A stretch of 64,000 bases of DNA. Origin: Entomortierella parvispora E1425 (Eukaryota; Fungi; Mortierellomycota). The notes beneath the pieces were generated by a model. It was not told the origin of the DNA. It searched no databases and worked only from the letters and a program-made list of their open reading frames with translations. Below are positions 50,730-64,000 of this stretch, piece after piece; position 1 is the stretch's first letter; each line of letters starts with the position of its first letter. The position numbers and the translations under genes were made by a program. The stretch covers positions 1,550,001 through 1,614,000 of the forward strand of contig BQFW01000003.1 in the NCBI GenBank assembly GCA_020891255.1, written 5' to 3'.

Positions 50730-51598
50730 ATGGAATTAGAGATGAGGGACCTGTCGCCACAAGACGAGTACACCCCACTCCAATCACTGAAGCAGACATT
50801 TTATCGTCTCTTCATGATCATGCCCAATGACGATCGCAATCCACTTCTCCAAGCACCCATGCAGAGGCTCCGCGGTCTTTGCATCGCCATAGGTCTCTTT
50901 GGCGTCCTCTGCTTCATAGTGGACCTCACCCTCGCTATCGCTGTCGGCGAGGCTACACCTCTCGCTGAATACGGCCCCAGTCCTGAAGCCTCTTCCACCG
51001 TTGGAGCCATCGTTGGATTGCTCTTTGTTCCCGATGTCATCGCCATTCTTGTCTACGGCTTCAAGCTTCGGCGCCATCACCGACCTCTCTCGATCCAGCG
51101 ACGGGACCTGAACCTTGTGCTCCGGGTGTTCTTTTTGATTTTCATATTGATCATGCCCTGCATGGACATTAGTACCTTCCAGGAACATATGCGGTACCGG
51201 GAGCGCCATGCGGGCTACAACGATGCCGATCTCTTCTTTGTCGCTTCCCCTCTCAGGAACAATTGAGGGACGAAGCCCGTGCAAAGGGGGAGCCAGTGTT
51301 TCTCGATATTCCGACGTATGATGACAGCGTGGTAGCGTCTTGCAAGACCCAACGCACCCGGTTCATACTTTGTTGGCTCATGCTTCTGCTGGTGCTGGTC
51401 GAGCTCGTGGTCTATGCTCGATCGGATGTTGGATCGGAGGCTTGGGTCGAACGCAACATCAAGATGTTGTTTGGCAAATCTCAGGACCAAGAGCAACAGC
51501 TGCTCTCCAGTGATGAGAGCGCCCTCTCGGATGGTCATCGGCCGACCCTCTCTGCTCTTGAAGAAAAGGAGATGGCACAACGCGTCTTTTATTTGTAA
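50730..51598 (+). CDS. Paralogue C, multi-TM protein of unknown function; single 1-nt frameshift at 51237-51239
   Basis: Three hydrophobic helices in 50730-51266; adding one T gives LFFCRFPSQEQLRDEARAK...SCKTQRTRFILCWLMLLLVLVELV in one frame. Confidence 0.65.
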
Positions 51599-51900
51599 TG
51601 AGAAAAGTAATGATAATAAATATACCCACCCTTGAACTTTTTCCAAGGACTTGATCATAGAATCTGGAGTTTTTTTTTTTTTTTTTTTTTTTTTTGATCT
51701 TTTTGGTTCATTTAATTACATCTTTTTTTGTGGTATATAAGCAGACGGGATCTGTTGCTATGGTGGGGGAGAGTGGGGAATAGGATAGACTTATTTGGGC
51801 AACATAAAAATATACATCTTCAAGCATAGAGCCTTTTGAAAAGGAATGGAGGGGCTCAGCCTGGGAAGGAGGAAAGGGGAGAGGCGCTGATCCCTATTCT

Positions 51901-53493
51901 CTATGGTGCAGACTTGACCTCTGTCAAGCTCTCGACGCTCTGGGTCCCCGAGTTGGCCTCACCAACCTCGACCGAGGTATCCACCACGCCCTTGCTATCC
52001 ATATGACCATAGCAGGTCTCGCCCAACTCTGCAATATCCAAACCCGAGTGCTCGTGCTCTGCATCTGCACGCAAGTTCAATCCCGGGATCTTGTTCATGA
52101 TGATCAAGATCAAGTACGTGATACAGAAGGACCACGTCATGCCCGCCGTCGAATCCGCCAATTGGTACCCGACCTGGATCCAGTGGCCATCCAACCATCC
52201 ACCAGGGATCACCGTCACACCATCCAACGCCGCAATCTTGGATTGCGCAAAGACACCCGTCAAGATGTTGCCGACTACACCGCCGACACCGTGGACGGCA
52301 AAGACATCAAACGCGTCATCGTACTTGAGGTAATGCTTCAGACGCACAGCCAAGTTGCAAGCAACCGCGCCCAAGAAACCAATCGCGACACTGGCAGGTG
52401 GACCCACAAAGCCAGAGGCAGGGGTGATGGCCACCAAACCCGCCACAGCGCCGGAACAGAATCCCAAGACGGACAACTTGCGGTCATGACGGTAATCCAA
52501 CATGACCCAGGTCAAACCGGCAGTCGAGGCCGCCAAGTTGGTCACGACACAGGCCATGGCCGCGCGCAAGTTGGCAGACAGAGCCGATCCTCCGTTGAAA
52601 CCGAACCAACCGAACCAAATGAAGCAGGTCCCGATCACCACGTTGCTCATCGAGTGCGGGCGGAAATCCCTTTGGTCACCGGAACGTTTGCCCAAGACCA
52701 AGGCATAGGCCAAAGCGGCCGCCCCCGACGAGATGTGCACCGGCGTGCCCCCGGCGAAATCAAGACCGCCCATGACTGCACTCCAGCCGTTGCCACTCCA
52801 GGTCCAGCAGGCAATGAAATCATAGACGAACGTCGTCCACAAAAAGATAAACACCAGCGTGGGAACGATACGACCGCGTTCTGCCGCGGCGCCGATCGCC
52901 AAGGCGGGGGTCAAGGCTGCAAACATGCATTGGAAGATCATAAAGACCAGGTCGGGGATCTTGGGGTTACCGACCGAGGGGGCGTCCAGGACATTACGGA
53001 AGAAGGCGTTGTCAAAGTTACCAATGAGCTTGCCACCTGTTTTGCTGAACGCGAGCGAGTATCCAAATAGAAACCACTATAACACCAGAAATTGGGCAGA
53101 GAGAGAGAGAGAGAGTGAATGAGTGGGCTTGGGTGAGTAAAAGGATGAAGAAAAAAAACCCCCCTCCCCTGGATCCTGCCTAAATCATCATGATCCCACT
53201 TTCTCACGACGCCCTCAGCCCCGCTGGGGACTGAGTGGTGAAATTTCCAGGAAAAAGGAAAAAAAGGACGAGGAAAATAAAAATGCAATTTTTACCTGAA
53301 CAGAGACCACTGCGATGGAGCAGCAGGAAAGCATGATCAGGGAGAGGGCGTTCTTGGAACGGGCCATGCCCGAGTAAAAATAACCGATGCCAGGAATCAT
53401 GAGCCAGACCAGGGCAGTCGAGGCCAGGGTCCAGGCAATATCTCCGGCATTGAATTGTGAGCCGATGGCGGGGGCAGGAGCAGACGAGTTCAT
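51901..53493 (-). CDS. Ammonium transporter (Mep/Amt family), 2 exons
   Basis: GDIAWTLASTALVWLMIPG, FQCMFAALTPAL, DFAGGTPVH, WFGWFGFNGGS, DVFAVHGVGG. Confidence 0.96.
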
Positions 53494-55631
53494 TGTGCTG
53501 ATGTTTGTCAACAATGACAGAGGAGAGAAGATCGTCAAAACAGAAGAGAGGCAGAAAGAGGGGACCAAAGCACCAGAACCGGTGGAGATCAGGGGAGTGA
53601 GGAGTGAAGAAGGAGTGAAGGAGTAAAAGAAAAAAAAGAAAAAGAATGAGGAAGGTGGGGAGGGATGAACTATCGCAGCAGTGAGGTTTGGGTGTGAGAG
53701 TTGAAGGAAAGAAAAAAAAGTAAAGGGAGGGAAGGTCAGCCTGTATTTATAAGAGGCAAACCCTTCGCAGAATCTCGGAAACTGATTAAAGGCAAGAATA
53801 GACAGACAAACAGTCAGTCAGTCAGATCGAACCTCATCCGCTGTCCACTATCCGTGTGGCATCGTTGACTGTGCCCTCACTGATCTTGGCCGTGGTCAAG
53901 AAAGGGCAGAGTAAAGTTGCGAGCAAACAAACAAAGGAAAGACCAGGAAGATCGGAGCAAAGGTCCAAAAAAGTAATCAAAAATTAAAGCTTTGTGCGGC
54001 AGGGATGTCCAGGCGATGCAGGCCATTGATTTAGCTTATATTTTTCCATAGTCCTCTCTTGTCTCTCTCCCATTTCACCATCCACCTGCCTCCCCTCGGC
54101 TCGATCAAAAGAAAAAAAGCGCTCAGATCCTCTCCGCAGATGCAGGTTGCCAGTTGTAAAAGTCGTTCGTTGGACTAGTCTGGAATCTGGACGCCTGTCT
54201 CTGTCCCCTCCCCTTCCTTCCACTGCTTTTTCATTCATTGAAAGAACGGAGCAAGGGAAGACAATGAAAAGAAAAAAAGTAAGGTATGAGTCGTATCTAT
54301 GCATGTGCAGTAAACACTCCTCCTCATCAACATCTCTCTTGTCGCATCAGTGGTCGTCATTGTCCAGTCCAAGTACAAACAAAGCAAACACGACTTTCGA
54401 CAAGAGACCAGAGACGAGCAGCACCTTATCACGCCCTTGTTTCCCTGTCTGCACTGTGGGAGAGTGCAAAAATAGAGAGCAACGAGCGCGGAAACACGCG
54501 TTTTTGACAGGGTTTCATGCTGTTCACAAGCCACCGTCCCTATCTACCCACATGTTCTTCAGTCCCTCGTGATAGTTATGATAGTGAGATTATTTTTTGG
54601 TGGCGTACTCCCCTGTCTGTGTCACCTTCGGAACGATGATGCCAGATAGGGTGGTGGGCTCGTGTTCGTCTCTGTTTTCGCGGCTCTCATTCTGCTGGTA
54701 TGTGTTTTTGTGCCTTGATTCGTTTGTCATCCACAGGCCTGGCCCCTCCCTTTCCTCCTTTCATTTTTAGACAAAGAGATCCGGGGCTAGAAACATTATC
54801 AAGAATGTTGGACCCAGTGGACCTGGACACAAACCTCGTGGTCATTTCTTTTTCATGAGCAACAACAACAACCCTCAAAAAAAATTGAATATCTCCGAAT
54901 TGTTCCTTTTTCTTTGACCACCCTCTTTCTCATTTGCTTCTTGTCCTACCGGTCGGGTTTGACCAGCCAACAGACTGCGGTCCAAGACAGATGCGTTACC
55001 CCGCAAACTGCCTAATCTAGAAGCGGCAGTGTTTATCCCTGTCCTACCTCTCTCCGCCCTCTGTTCGCTCTGCTCCCGGTCTCTCTTGCTCATTCTCTTA
55101 ATCGCTCGGCGCTGAGAGGCGTGTTTCCCTTGACAGCTGCACAAACAATCAACAAAAAAAACCCGCCTCGTTTTATCCAAACACGCTGTGCTCATTCTTC
55201 ATTCCATCTCTCCCCCCGCCTGTCTCACCCCTTCCCTTCTCTTCCGCGCCTCTCTCCAGGTTTTGTTTTATTTACGATCGTATATGTCATCATCTCGTTT
55301 TTATGTCAACAGTCCCATCTCCCTTCTTCTCGTTGGCCCATCTCTTTTTTCTTTCTTTATTTCCCTGTCATAAAGCTGAGTCCATGTGTTTGAAACAAAA
55401 AGGCATGGTGTTTGTGTGCTGCTCTGTTGCATTGCCACACCATTGGGAAGGGACGCACCTTTTCGATTGTGGAGAATGGAACACACGAACAACTTCATAG
55501 AACAGGTAGGAGGCTTTATCTGCATTGGCTCAGAATTACAAAATAATGATATCGGGTTTTTTTAATGACAAAAATATGATGATGATGGGGTGAGTTTGGG
55601 GGGATCGTTTCTAAAATAACCATTTCTTCGC

Positions 55632-58600
55632 CTAAGCGACCGTGCTTCCTGCAGCGGCACCTGCGGCCCGCTTCTTGCTCTCTGCAACGCGGACCATCTC
55701 TAGGAGGACATCGAGTTCTCCAGAGCGCTCACACATCTCTCTGAAGTGTGTCTTGGTCTTCAACAGGTTGGCGGGGGTGTCGTATTCCAAGACCTCACCA
55801 TGATCCAAGACCAACACCTTGTCGTACAAGATGATCGTGTTCAATCGATGGGCAATGCAGATCACAGTCGAGTTCTCAAACTCCTGTTGGATTGCAGACT
55901 GAATCGCCTTGTCCGTTGCAAAATCCACCGACGCCGTCGCCTCGTCCATGACAATGATCTTGGAGTTGCGAAGGAGGGCTCGGGCCATGCAGAGCAATTG
56001 ACGCTGACCCTGTGAAAAGTTGGAACCACCCTCGCTTACGGGGTTGTCCAAGCTGGAGAACGAGATATGGTTCTTTCCTTCGACGATCGCAGTGGCCACG
56101 GTAGTGCTGGCGGTTCCAGATCCTGTCTCTGCAGCCTCACTCACACTGTTGGCGGAGGAAGACTCTTGACTGCCGTGGTGGCTGACCAGATGAACACGTC
56201 GAAGCGCTTCCCAGAGATCTCCATCCTCGTGATCACCGAAAGGATCCAAGTTGGAGCGGATCTAATAAAGAAAAATAGCAAAAGTGATATATTAGCCATG
56301 AATCTCTCGTATAGTTAGTTGTACACGGGGGCCAATACAAGAATCAAAGGGGAAAAAAAGCACAAAACTTACAGTTCCAGTAAAGAGCATGGGGTCCTGG
56401 GGAATAATTGTCAAGCGTGATCGGAGATCATCCAATCCAATATCACCAATGTTGATACCATCGATGTGAATGCTTCCTGCAACAGGTTCCACAAAGCGGA
56501 ACAGGGACAGGGCCAATGTACTCTTTCCAGATCCTGTTCTTCCAACGACACCCACTTTCTGGCGAGGCTCGACAGAGAAGGAAATGCCCCTGAGAACCGT
56601 CTCCAGATCGGGAGCATACTTCAGCTCCAAGTCCTTGACCTCAATGCTTCCGCCAGTAGGCCAAGCAGCTGGTGGACGACGACCCTCCACAATAGCAGCC
56701 GGTTCCTGAGCCATGGTGGTGTATTCCGTAATACGCTCGATAGCGTTCAACTCCATCTCAATCTGAGTGTAATCGCGGACCAAAAAGTTGACAAGAGCCA
56801 CAAACTCGAGAGCATAGGTCAAAGCCAAACCAGCTGTTCCGGCGTCAATACCAATGGGGTTCATCAAGATAAAGATACCCGATGACAAGGCAACGATACC
56901 TCCAATCGAATCAGAGCGCACGGACAACCAACGGTTGGCAATCCAAAGGAAGTAGAAGGGTCGGTTGCTGTCGTCAATCTTGGTCAACAGGTTGCTCATG
57001 AATCGGCTCTGTTCACTGAAGGCACGGATGGTTGCAACACCGGCCAAGGTCTCGCCAAACATAGAGTAGATGGGGGAGCGTGAGACAGAGTGCAAGCGCT
57101 TGAGCTCTCGAGAAGAGCTAATGTACTTCTTTCCAACTGCAACATAGGCGACCGAGATGATGGCGGCGACGAAAATGAACATTGGAGTGATATACGCCAA
57201 CACAATGATAATCGAGCTCACGGACATGATCAACTGCAGGAGCTGAGAGCAGTTGAAGGCGATCGAGCCATCTACGGTTTCGAAATCGTTCGAGAAACGG
57301 TTCATAATACGACCGACAGGGGTGGTGTCAAAGAAACGGAGAGGAGCACGAACGACGGCCATGAGCAACTTCTTGTAAAGCAAACGAGCAGCCCGGAGAG
57401 CACCAAAGAGGACGACAATAGTCTGGCAGATATGAATCAAACTGGCGCAAGCGGAAATCAGAGCATAGATAAGCAAGTAGTAGTCGGTGCTGTGCTTCTG
57501 AGGACGGCCCATCATGTAGTTATCGCCAAGACCCAAGGACGACAGGGTCTGGTTCGTCACGGACTGAGCAGGATCGTAGAGGCTGCCTTGGGTTTCGTAT
57601 CCTTGGTTGTCAGAGTGGACGGCAGAAGAGGCGAATTGCTTGGAGACAGAGCCCATGGCGGTGTAGATGTTGGAGAACATGAATTGGGTCACGGATTCGA
57701 GGTTATACGAGTTGGCCCACTCACGGACCCAGAGCGACTCGGAAACTTCGACCATACGGGTAAGTGCAAAGATCAGCATCAGAGAGAACCAGAAAATAAA
57801 TCCACCGGCAGCAGAGGCATAGACCCTGTAGATGGACCACTTGACGCGACCCTCCTGACGAGCCTCCTCCAACACCAACTTCTTGACATCCTTGACAGGA
57901 GCAGCGGGTTCCTCCTGGGGCTTGAGGCTCTTGGAGGTTGACTTTCTGCGCAAACGAGGAGCCTTGTCGACAGGGGTCGAGGTTCCAGCCTCCTCTTCAC
58001 CCACCGTTTCGGCATCAGAAGATTCGTTGCTCTTGTCTTCGTCCTCTTCCAAAACCTGGGATAATGTTCCTTGTTCACGGAGTTGTTGGACGGATCCTTG
58101 GAGTGAAATAATACCATTGCTCATCAAGACGATGTGCTTGGCCGTGGGAATGCAGAGGCGGACATGATGGGTGACCAGAATGCAGGTACGGTTGGCCATG
58201 ATGGGTCCAGTCAAGCACTTTTCGTGGATATGTTCGGCAGTATGGGCGTCCACAGCAGAAAGACAGTCGTCTAGCAACACATGACGGGAGCGAGAGTAGA
58301 TGGCACGAGCCAAGGAGACACGCTGCTTCTGACCTCCAGAGAGGGTAATACCCTTCTCTCCAATCTCGGTCTGATCACCATCCTCCAGAATTTCCAGATC
58401 GCGCTTCAACGCGCACACTTCAAGGACCTGGTTGTAGCGTTCCTCCTCGTACTTGCTTCCAAACAAAATGTTGTCGCGAATAGACGCATTCTGGAGCCAA
58501 GCCTGTTGAGAAACATAGGCGACACCGTCATTCACCAATCCGGTAGTGGGGTCATACTCCTTGGCTCCATTCAAGGGCAGGCGAGGAAGGTAGATATGTC

Positions 58601-61600
58601 CAGTCAAGACATCCATCTCTCCCAACATGGCCAACAAGAGCGAGGTCTTTCCAGATCCAGTAGGTCCACACACAATCGAGAGCTCTCCGACAGGAAAAGC
58701 AACATTAATGTCCCTCAAGATGAATTGGTCGGTATCCTCTGTGCGAACCTCTTCAGCAGCAGCGGCGGCGTTATCGGGGGTCTTTGCGCTGTCAGATGTC
58801 CACCATTGGGCGTTAAGCCCCTCCATTCCGATCTCGGGTGCATTGCCGCGGGTAATCTTTTGACCATTCACAAAGACGTCCTTGATGTTGGGCTCATCCA
58901 GATAGTCGGCAATACGGCCCAAACTGACGCTAGCGTTGGTCAAGGCCATGTAGACAGCAGGTAATCCGTTCAGAGGAGCCTTCAGGCGGTTGAACAGAAC
59001 CATGGCAGTGAAGGCGACAGCAGAAGTAAACTCTCCGTTCTGAAGCTTGACATAGCAAAAGAAACTGCAAAGGGTCACCAACAATGGCGACGAGAACCAG
59101 ACCAGTTGGAACAAAATGGTGTTTTTGTAAACTATATGAAAGGTGAGGACGAAGTTAGCATCACTGCATACTATTTTGTTTGGTGACAACATCAAGATCA
59201 ATCACTTATCGCGTACCATTGACCAACTTCTTGAGCTCAAACTCTCTTGCCTTCAAGATCTTTTCACTGAAGGACAACTCCCAAGCAAAGAATTTGATCA
59301 TTCGGATTCCAGTAATGAGCTAGAATGAGATACACAACATGCAATGATATGTTAGCTGACCGTAGAACAAAATCGACATTTGAAGACCAATCCACAAAGA
59401 TAATCCACACATTACCTCTCCCATCAAAGTGACACGAGCATCACGAGCAGCCGACAATTCACGCTGTCCCTTGGAATAGCGGGCACGAACAGCCTTGTTC
59501 ACAGGGATGGTAATGATGAGGATCGACATGCCGACAAGCGAACTCCAACCGATGAGATCGTACAACAGATAGGTGCCGAGAGCGATACCGATGGGCGAGG
59601 AGACTCCCATGTGCCAAAAGTTGACCACGCCAGACACGCGGACAGTATCAGTCGACATCAAGTTGACAACCTTTCCTGCACTAGCGGGCGCATTGCTCTT
59701 TGAGTCATCCTTCTCCTTGCCCTTGCCATCCTTGGGAGCCTCGCCACCCTTCTTCTTCTTGTCCACAAGACCACTCATGTCTCTGCGGGTCAAAGTCTTT
59801 GCGTAAATCTCGGCATTCAGAAGCGCCATCATTGACACGTTGATCTTGCGTCCCATGTAGAACATTTGGGACTGAACGAGCGAACGCGAGACCTGGGCCA
59901 TGAAGATGAGGATAACATAGGCGTACGCAACCTTGGGTGGCACCTGGGGATCGTTAACGTAGTTCAAGAACAGCTTTAGGAAGTAGGGCACCGAGAAATC
60001 CAAGCAAGTCGACATGACAACGAACGAGAACTGCCAGATGAAACTGATCAGGTTGAAACGGAGGATGCGCTTGAGCAAGGACGACGACGATCTAGAACGT
60101 TCAGAGATATGGTTAGACTGGGATGCACATGGATCAGGCTCGAATAGAAGGTCACCATTGGAAGACTGGATGGCATCATAGATCAAGGGTCAGGGCATCC
60201 TGACGTTTATCCGGAGAGGAGCGTAACGTGGGGGAGCACAGACAAAGAGAACCTCAAAGGTGATGGACCGCTCCAAATTGAGCAGGCATTGAAGAAAAAT
60301 GCCTCAGGTGCTCACTGACAGGTGCGTTGTTTTTTTTTCTTTTTGACAAGGAAGGTTGTGAGCCCAAACGTACTTTATGTTGCTGCTGAAAACTTGGAAT
60401 TGCGACCAGATAGTGCGGGCACGGAGGATGGGCAACAGCTCTGGCAAATCAGTCGAGTTCAAAGTCTTGGTGCTGCCAATCTTGATGATGTAGTTGAACC
60501 AGGAGAAGAACAACCAGGAAGCGTACGAAGCGTAGGCCTCAGGACTCATCGCATGCTTGGCCTATGTGCAATTGGGCAACGAAAGAAAGAGGACAGGCAA
60601 AGGGGTCAACACGGTGGCACAGAGCATAAGTGAAGATCCAATGGAATGACAGGACCCAAGAGCACCCATCAGCAATGTACATGTACTGCAACTCTAAAGC
60701 GAATATGTTCAAAGCCCCCCAGGGCCTCGATTGGCCACAGGGTTGAGCACGCAAGGCAAGGGTCGGGATGCATCCGTGAAGAAGAGCGTCCAAATAGGGC
60801 AAGTGTGAGCGCGCGTGCCTCTTGGGCAGGCAAAGACGATAAGGCTCCTTCGGATTTTCCGTCCGCCCTGTCGTCTGTGGCGCTATTCTCCCATCAACAC
60901 CCTCTGCCGTTTCTCAGGCGGACCCCCAAGAGGCACGGCAGTTAACTTTGTCACCCTGCATTGGTCCAATCGCGCAGTCGCTCCCTTTCTCTTCCGTGCC
61001 ATGGACAACATACACCCGAAACTGTAAATAAACAACATCCGGCCCATGCAAACATTTTCATCTGACTTACGGAAGAATAGCCGTAGCCATAGCGGTGCAC
61101 AAAGTCAAAGTCGAGCTCTGCAGGCATCGTCAGCGCAATGGCCGCCAACAGCAATGCTGTGGCTGCAGCTCCGAAAAAGATCCACATGTCCAAGGGGTAG
61201 TGACCTCGGCCCTCAATGATCATGTCCACTCGGTTCCAAAACTCATAGATCAGCACTCCCAAGGTGGCAGTGTAGAACCACTGAAGGGGCTGGAGGGCGT
61301 TCATGTAACGGACACGGTGGGTCATCACGGCGAGGAGGATCAAGAGAGCCAGAGTCCAACCGGCCAACTGGATCACGGGCGCAAAGATACGTTGGAACAA
61401 GGTGCGGTCGGTCGAGTCCTGGAGGGCAAGGATCAAGGACCCAGCCACAAAGGCGCCAGGGAACAGGGAGAGAACAAAGAGGAGGACGGTGCGGATCTTG
61501 ATCTCCTTGGCCTTGGGCTGCTGAAGCTCTGTGGAAGGAGTGCCGTCTTCGTTGTGGGAAAGGCGAGTGTAATCGAACGTGGACTTGCGGCGGGTGGCGA

Positions 61601-61742
61601 GGAGCGAGGGGCTTGGGGCACCGGCCGAGGGGTTAAGCTCCATGTTGGACGACTTTGTGGCGAGGGTGACCACGGTGGCAGAGACGACGGTCAATGCAAA
61701 AGGCACCGCGGCAAGGATGTGCATGAGCTGAAGGTCCATCAT
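55632..61742 (-). CDS. ABCC/MRP-type full-length ABC transporter (Ybt1/Bpt1-like), multi-exon
   Basis: Two NBDs (GPTGSGKT...LSGGQKQR...LLDD; GRTGSGKS...FSQGQRQL...VMDEAT), two TMDs and an N-terminal TMD0-like exon. Confidence 0.95.
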
Positions 61743-61909
61743 GATGGAATGCACGTTCGACAGCAGAGTCGTGACAATTAGATGGACAGGAAAGAGAAGG
61801 CTGGAAGGACTAGCAGGGTAGAAGGGAAGAGAAGGGAGAGAGCAAGGCGAAAGGATAACCAACAATAGTCCTTGCGATGCAGAGAGGAGGAGAGGAGAGG
61901 GATAAAGAA

Positions 61910-61965
61910 GAAGAAGAACAAGAAGAACAAGAAGAACAAGAAGAACAAGAAGAAGAAGAAGAAAG
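61910..61965. repeat. AAGAAGAAC microsatellite in the ABC transporter 5' region
   Basis: Direct reading of the 9-bp units. Confidence 0.85.
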
Positions 61966-62661
61966 AAAAGAACATCAATTCAATTTCCAGAGGGGATTCG
62001 TGTGCTCTTTTTTCTTTCTTTTTTTCTTTCTTTTTTTCTTTTTTTTTTTTCCCCTTCTGTTCCGTGGCGCGCGTCGGTGGGGGAGATGGGTCCACATCGA
62101 TGAACACACCCACACAAACCCACATCCTTCCCCCTTCTCTTTCGATGGCTGCTTGAACAGATCCCAGGTCAGCTTCGCCCTCGGATGGCCATGGTCTTCT
62201 GAGATTCAATCTCTTCTCTTCTGCGTGATGTGATCGACGTGCATGGGGGTTGTTTTTCCTTGATGGCCTGTTTGAAACCGATTTCCGAGTCTGGATCGCT
62301 GCAGGCGTAGCATGTTGTGTCTCTATGTTTATCCATGTTCACATCCTGGCCATGTCTGTCTGTCCTTTTCATTTAACAAAACCACCCTCCTCCAGGATCA
62401 CGTCTGGGGCCGTGCCATGTCTTGCGTGCGCGCACGGAACAACGACAAGAGGACAAGAGGTTCAAACATCAAGAACTGCGGACTGCGCAATTTGTCCCTT
62501 CCACTTCGCCCGCGAAGAGAGACGAGAGAGAGCGAGAGACGTGTCCAAAATTCACAGTCACAGAAGTAAACAATCTTTTTTCTTTTTTATGCATGCTTGG
62601 GCTTGCCCAGGACTGGGACCATCTCCATCACTCAACTTACATCCCGCTGGATTGCATCACC

Positions 62662-64000
62662 ATGGGCCCAGACAAGAAGAGAAAGCTGTCCCGGGACGAT
62701 ATCGAGGATAGAAATAGGCCACCAAAGGTCCTCAGGGCCGACAAGAAGGACATAAAGGAGACCAAGGAGACCAAGGACAAGAAGGACAAGAAGGACAAGA
62801 AGGACAAGAAGGACAAGAAGGAAAAGAAGGAGAAAAAAGACAAAAAGGAAGAACCAAAAGAAAAGACTGTCAAGGATAAAAAGGACAAGAAGGAAAAGAA
62901 AGCCAAAGACTCGGAATCATCAGACTCCACCACCGAGTCCAAGGAGAAGGATGTCGAGATGACCTCAGCAGAGTCCTCCGATACTGCCCCCGTGACAAAG
63001 CCAGTTGGTAAAACCCGTTCACATTACAAGGACAGAAAATCAAGAATGGCTTGAACTCGCTCACTAAATATGCTTCCTCCTTCTAGACGATGGTCTGACA
63101 AAAAAGGAACGCAAGATGTTGAAGCTGAAGAGCCGTCAGTTGAGCAGGAAATCTGAGGGCGACGGAGAACCAAGTCTCATCATCAACCAGAGCCATGACA
63201 TGCTCTCACTCAAGGTAAGCCTTTGTTGCTTTCATCCCATACAGACTTATAAGGAGTGACAAAATACTAATAGTTGATCATTTGTATGCTTTTACAGGAT
63301 TTGCGCGACCTCGTGGTCTTTACCCTCACGGAAACGCCGTCATTACCCTGGATCCAGGTCAAGAACAAATTCAAGATTGAGAAAATGCTGATGCTCTACA
63401 TCTCTGGACTCGATACCGATCTCTTCCATATCAACCTTCAGTCACCGGACGCTCACAAGCCCATTGCATGGGTCGATCGGGCAAAGAAGCAAGGAGGACC
63501 CGCCTCGGAATTCAAGCAGCTGTCAAACCATTTCCAGGAGATGAATGTGGTAAAGGCTACTGGAGATCGATTCAGGATTCATTCACCCACCAACACGTTG
63601 CTGAACGTCCCCTTGAGTAACTCTGAAAAGACAAAGCGCGACAACCTGAAAAAGAGTAAGTCCCCGATCTTTTTTTGGTTTTCTGATTGATACCGTTCTT
63701 CAGGGACTGTCGACTGACCCACTGTTTTCTCCTTGCTTCTTGCCTTTTAGAGGCCAACGCTGCAAAGCAGGCTAAGCAACCCATCAAGAAGCCAGAAAAC
63801 TACATGTTGTCATTGGAGGATCTTCGTGAAAACAACTACCCCCTCCCTTCGTATCTTGCATCGGAAGCTGCTCCCTTAGAGAATGGGTGGATTGAGACTC
63901 CCAAGCTGGAAAAGAAGACCTTGACACCCCCACCAAAAATCATGATTGCCATGGATTGTGAGATGGTAAGGCTCTTCTCAAGAATACTTGGATTGAATAT
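62662..64000 (+). CDS. REX1/Rnh70-like DEDDh RNA exonuclease, 5' part (continues beyond the window)
   Basis: Lys/Asp-rich N-terminus, DLRDLVVFTL...PWIQVKN, and the ExoI motif MIAMDCEM at the window edge followed by a GTAAGG donor. Confidence 0.8.
62775..62845 (+). repeat. GACAAGAAG (DKK) coding repeat
   Basis: Direct reading: KDKKDKKDKKDKKDKKEKKEKKDKK. Confidence 0.9.

Noticed and set aside
52003-58964. Long antisense ORFs over the Amt and ABC genes (also over OPT and the deacetylase-like gene)
   Set aside because: Shadow ORFs produced by the strong C/G third-position bias of highly expressed genes.

Overview
Intron-rich fungal genomic DNA, probably an early-diverging Mortierella-like fungus (inferred from gene content, short GT/GC-AG introns and CT-rich leaders). 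Most of the window is ordinary host genes: an Mso1-like protein, an ML/NPC2 lipid-binding protein, a Myb/SANT protein, a RING-H2 ligase, a CorA Mg2+ transporter, Rpn13, a Pumilio/Puf3 protein, a chitin-deacetylase-like protein, an OPT peptide transporter, an ammonium transporter, an ABCC transporter and a REX1-like exonuclease. The accessory block at about 4.1-19.5 kb is the interesting part. (1) 4451-9012 (minus) splices by hand into one 5-exon gene of about 1,400 aa. It joins an N-terminal XPG/FEN1-like PIN 5'-nuclease to a C-terminal Fanzor1/TnpB-type RuvC + Zn-finger nuclease with all three RuvC catalytic motifs, and is followed by a hairpin that could be an omega-RNA scaffold. One extra base breaks the frame at RuvC-I. 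(2) A 9.8-kb Mutator-like element with identical 217-bp TIRs and a 9-bp TSD sits 306 bp upstream of that gene. It carries a transposase, a Ulp1-like protease and an orphan ORF. All gene models were spliced manually and no database searches were run.
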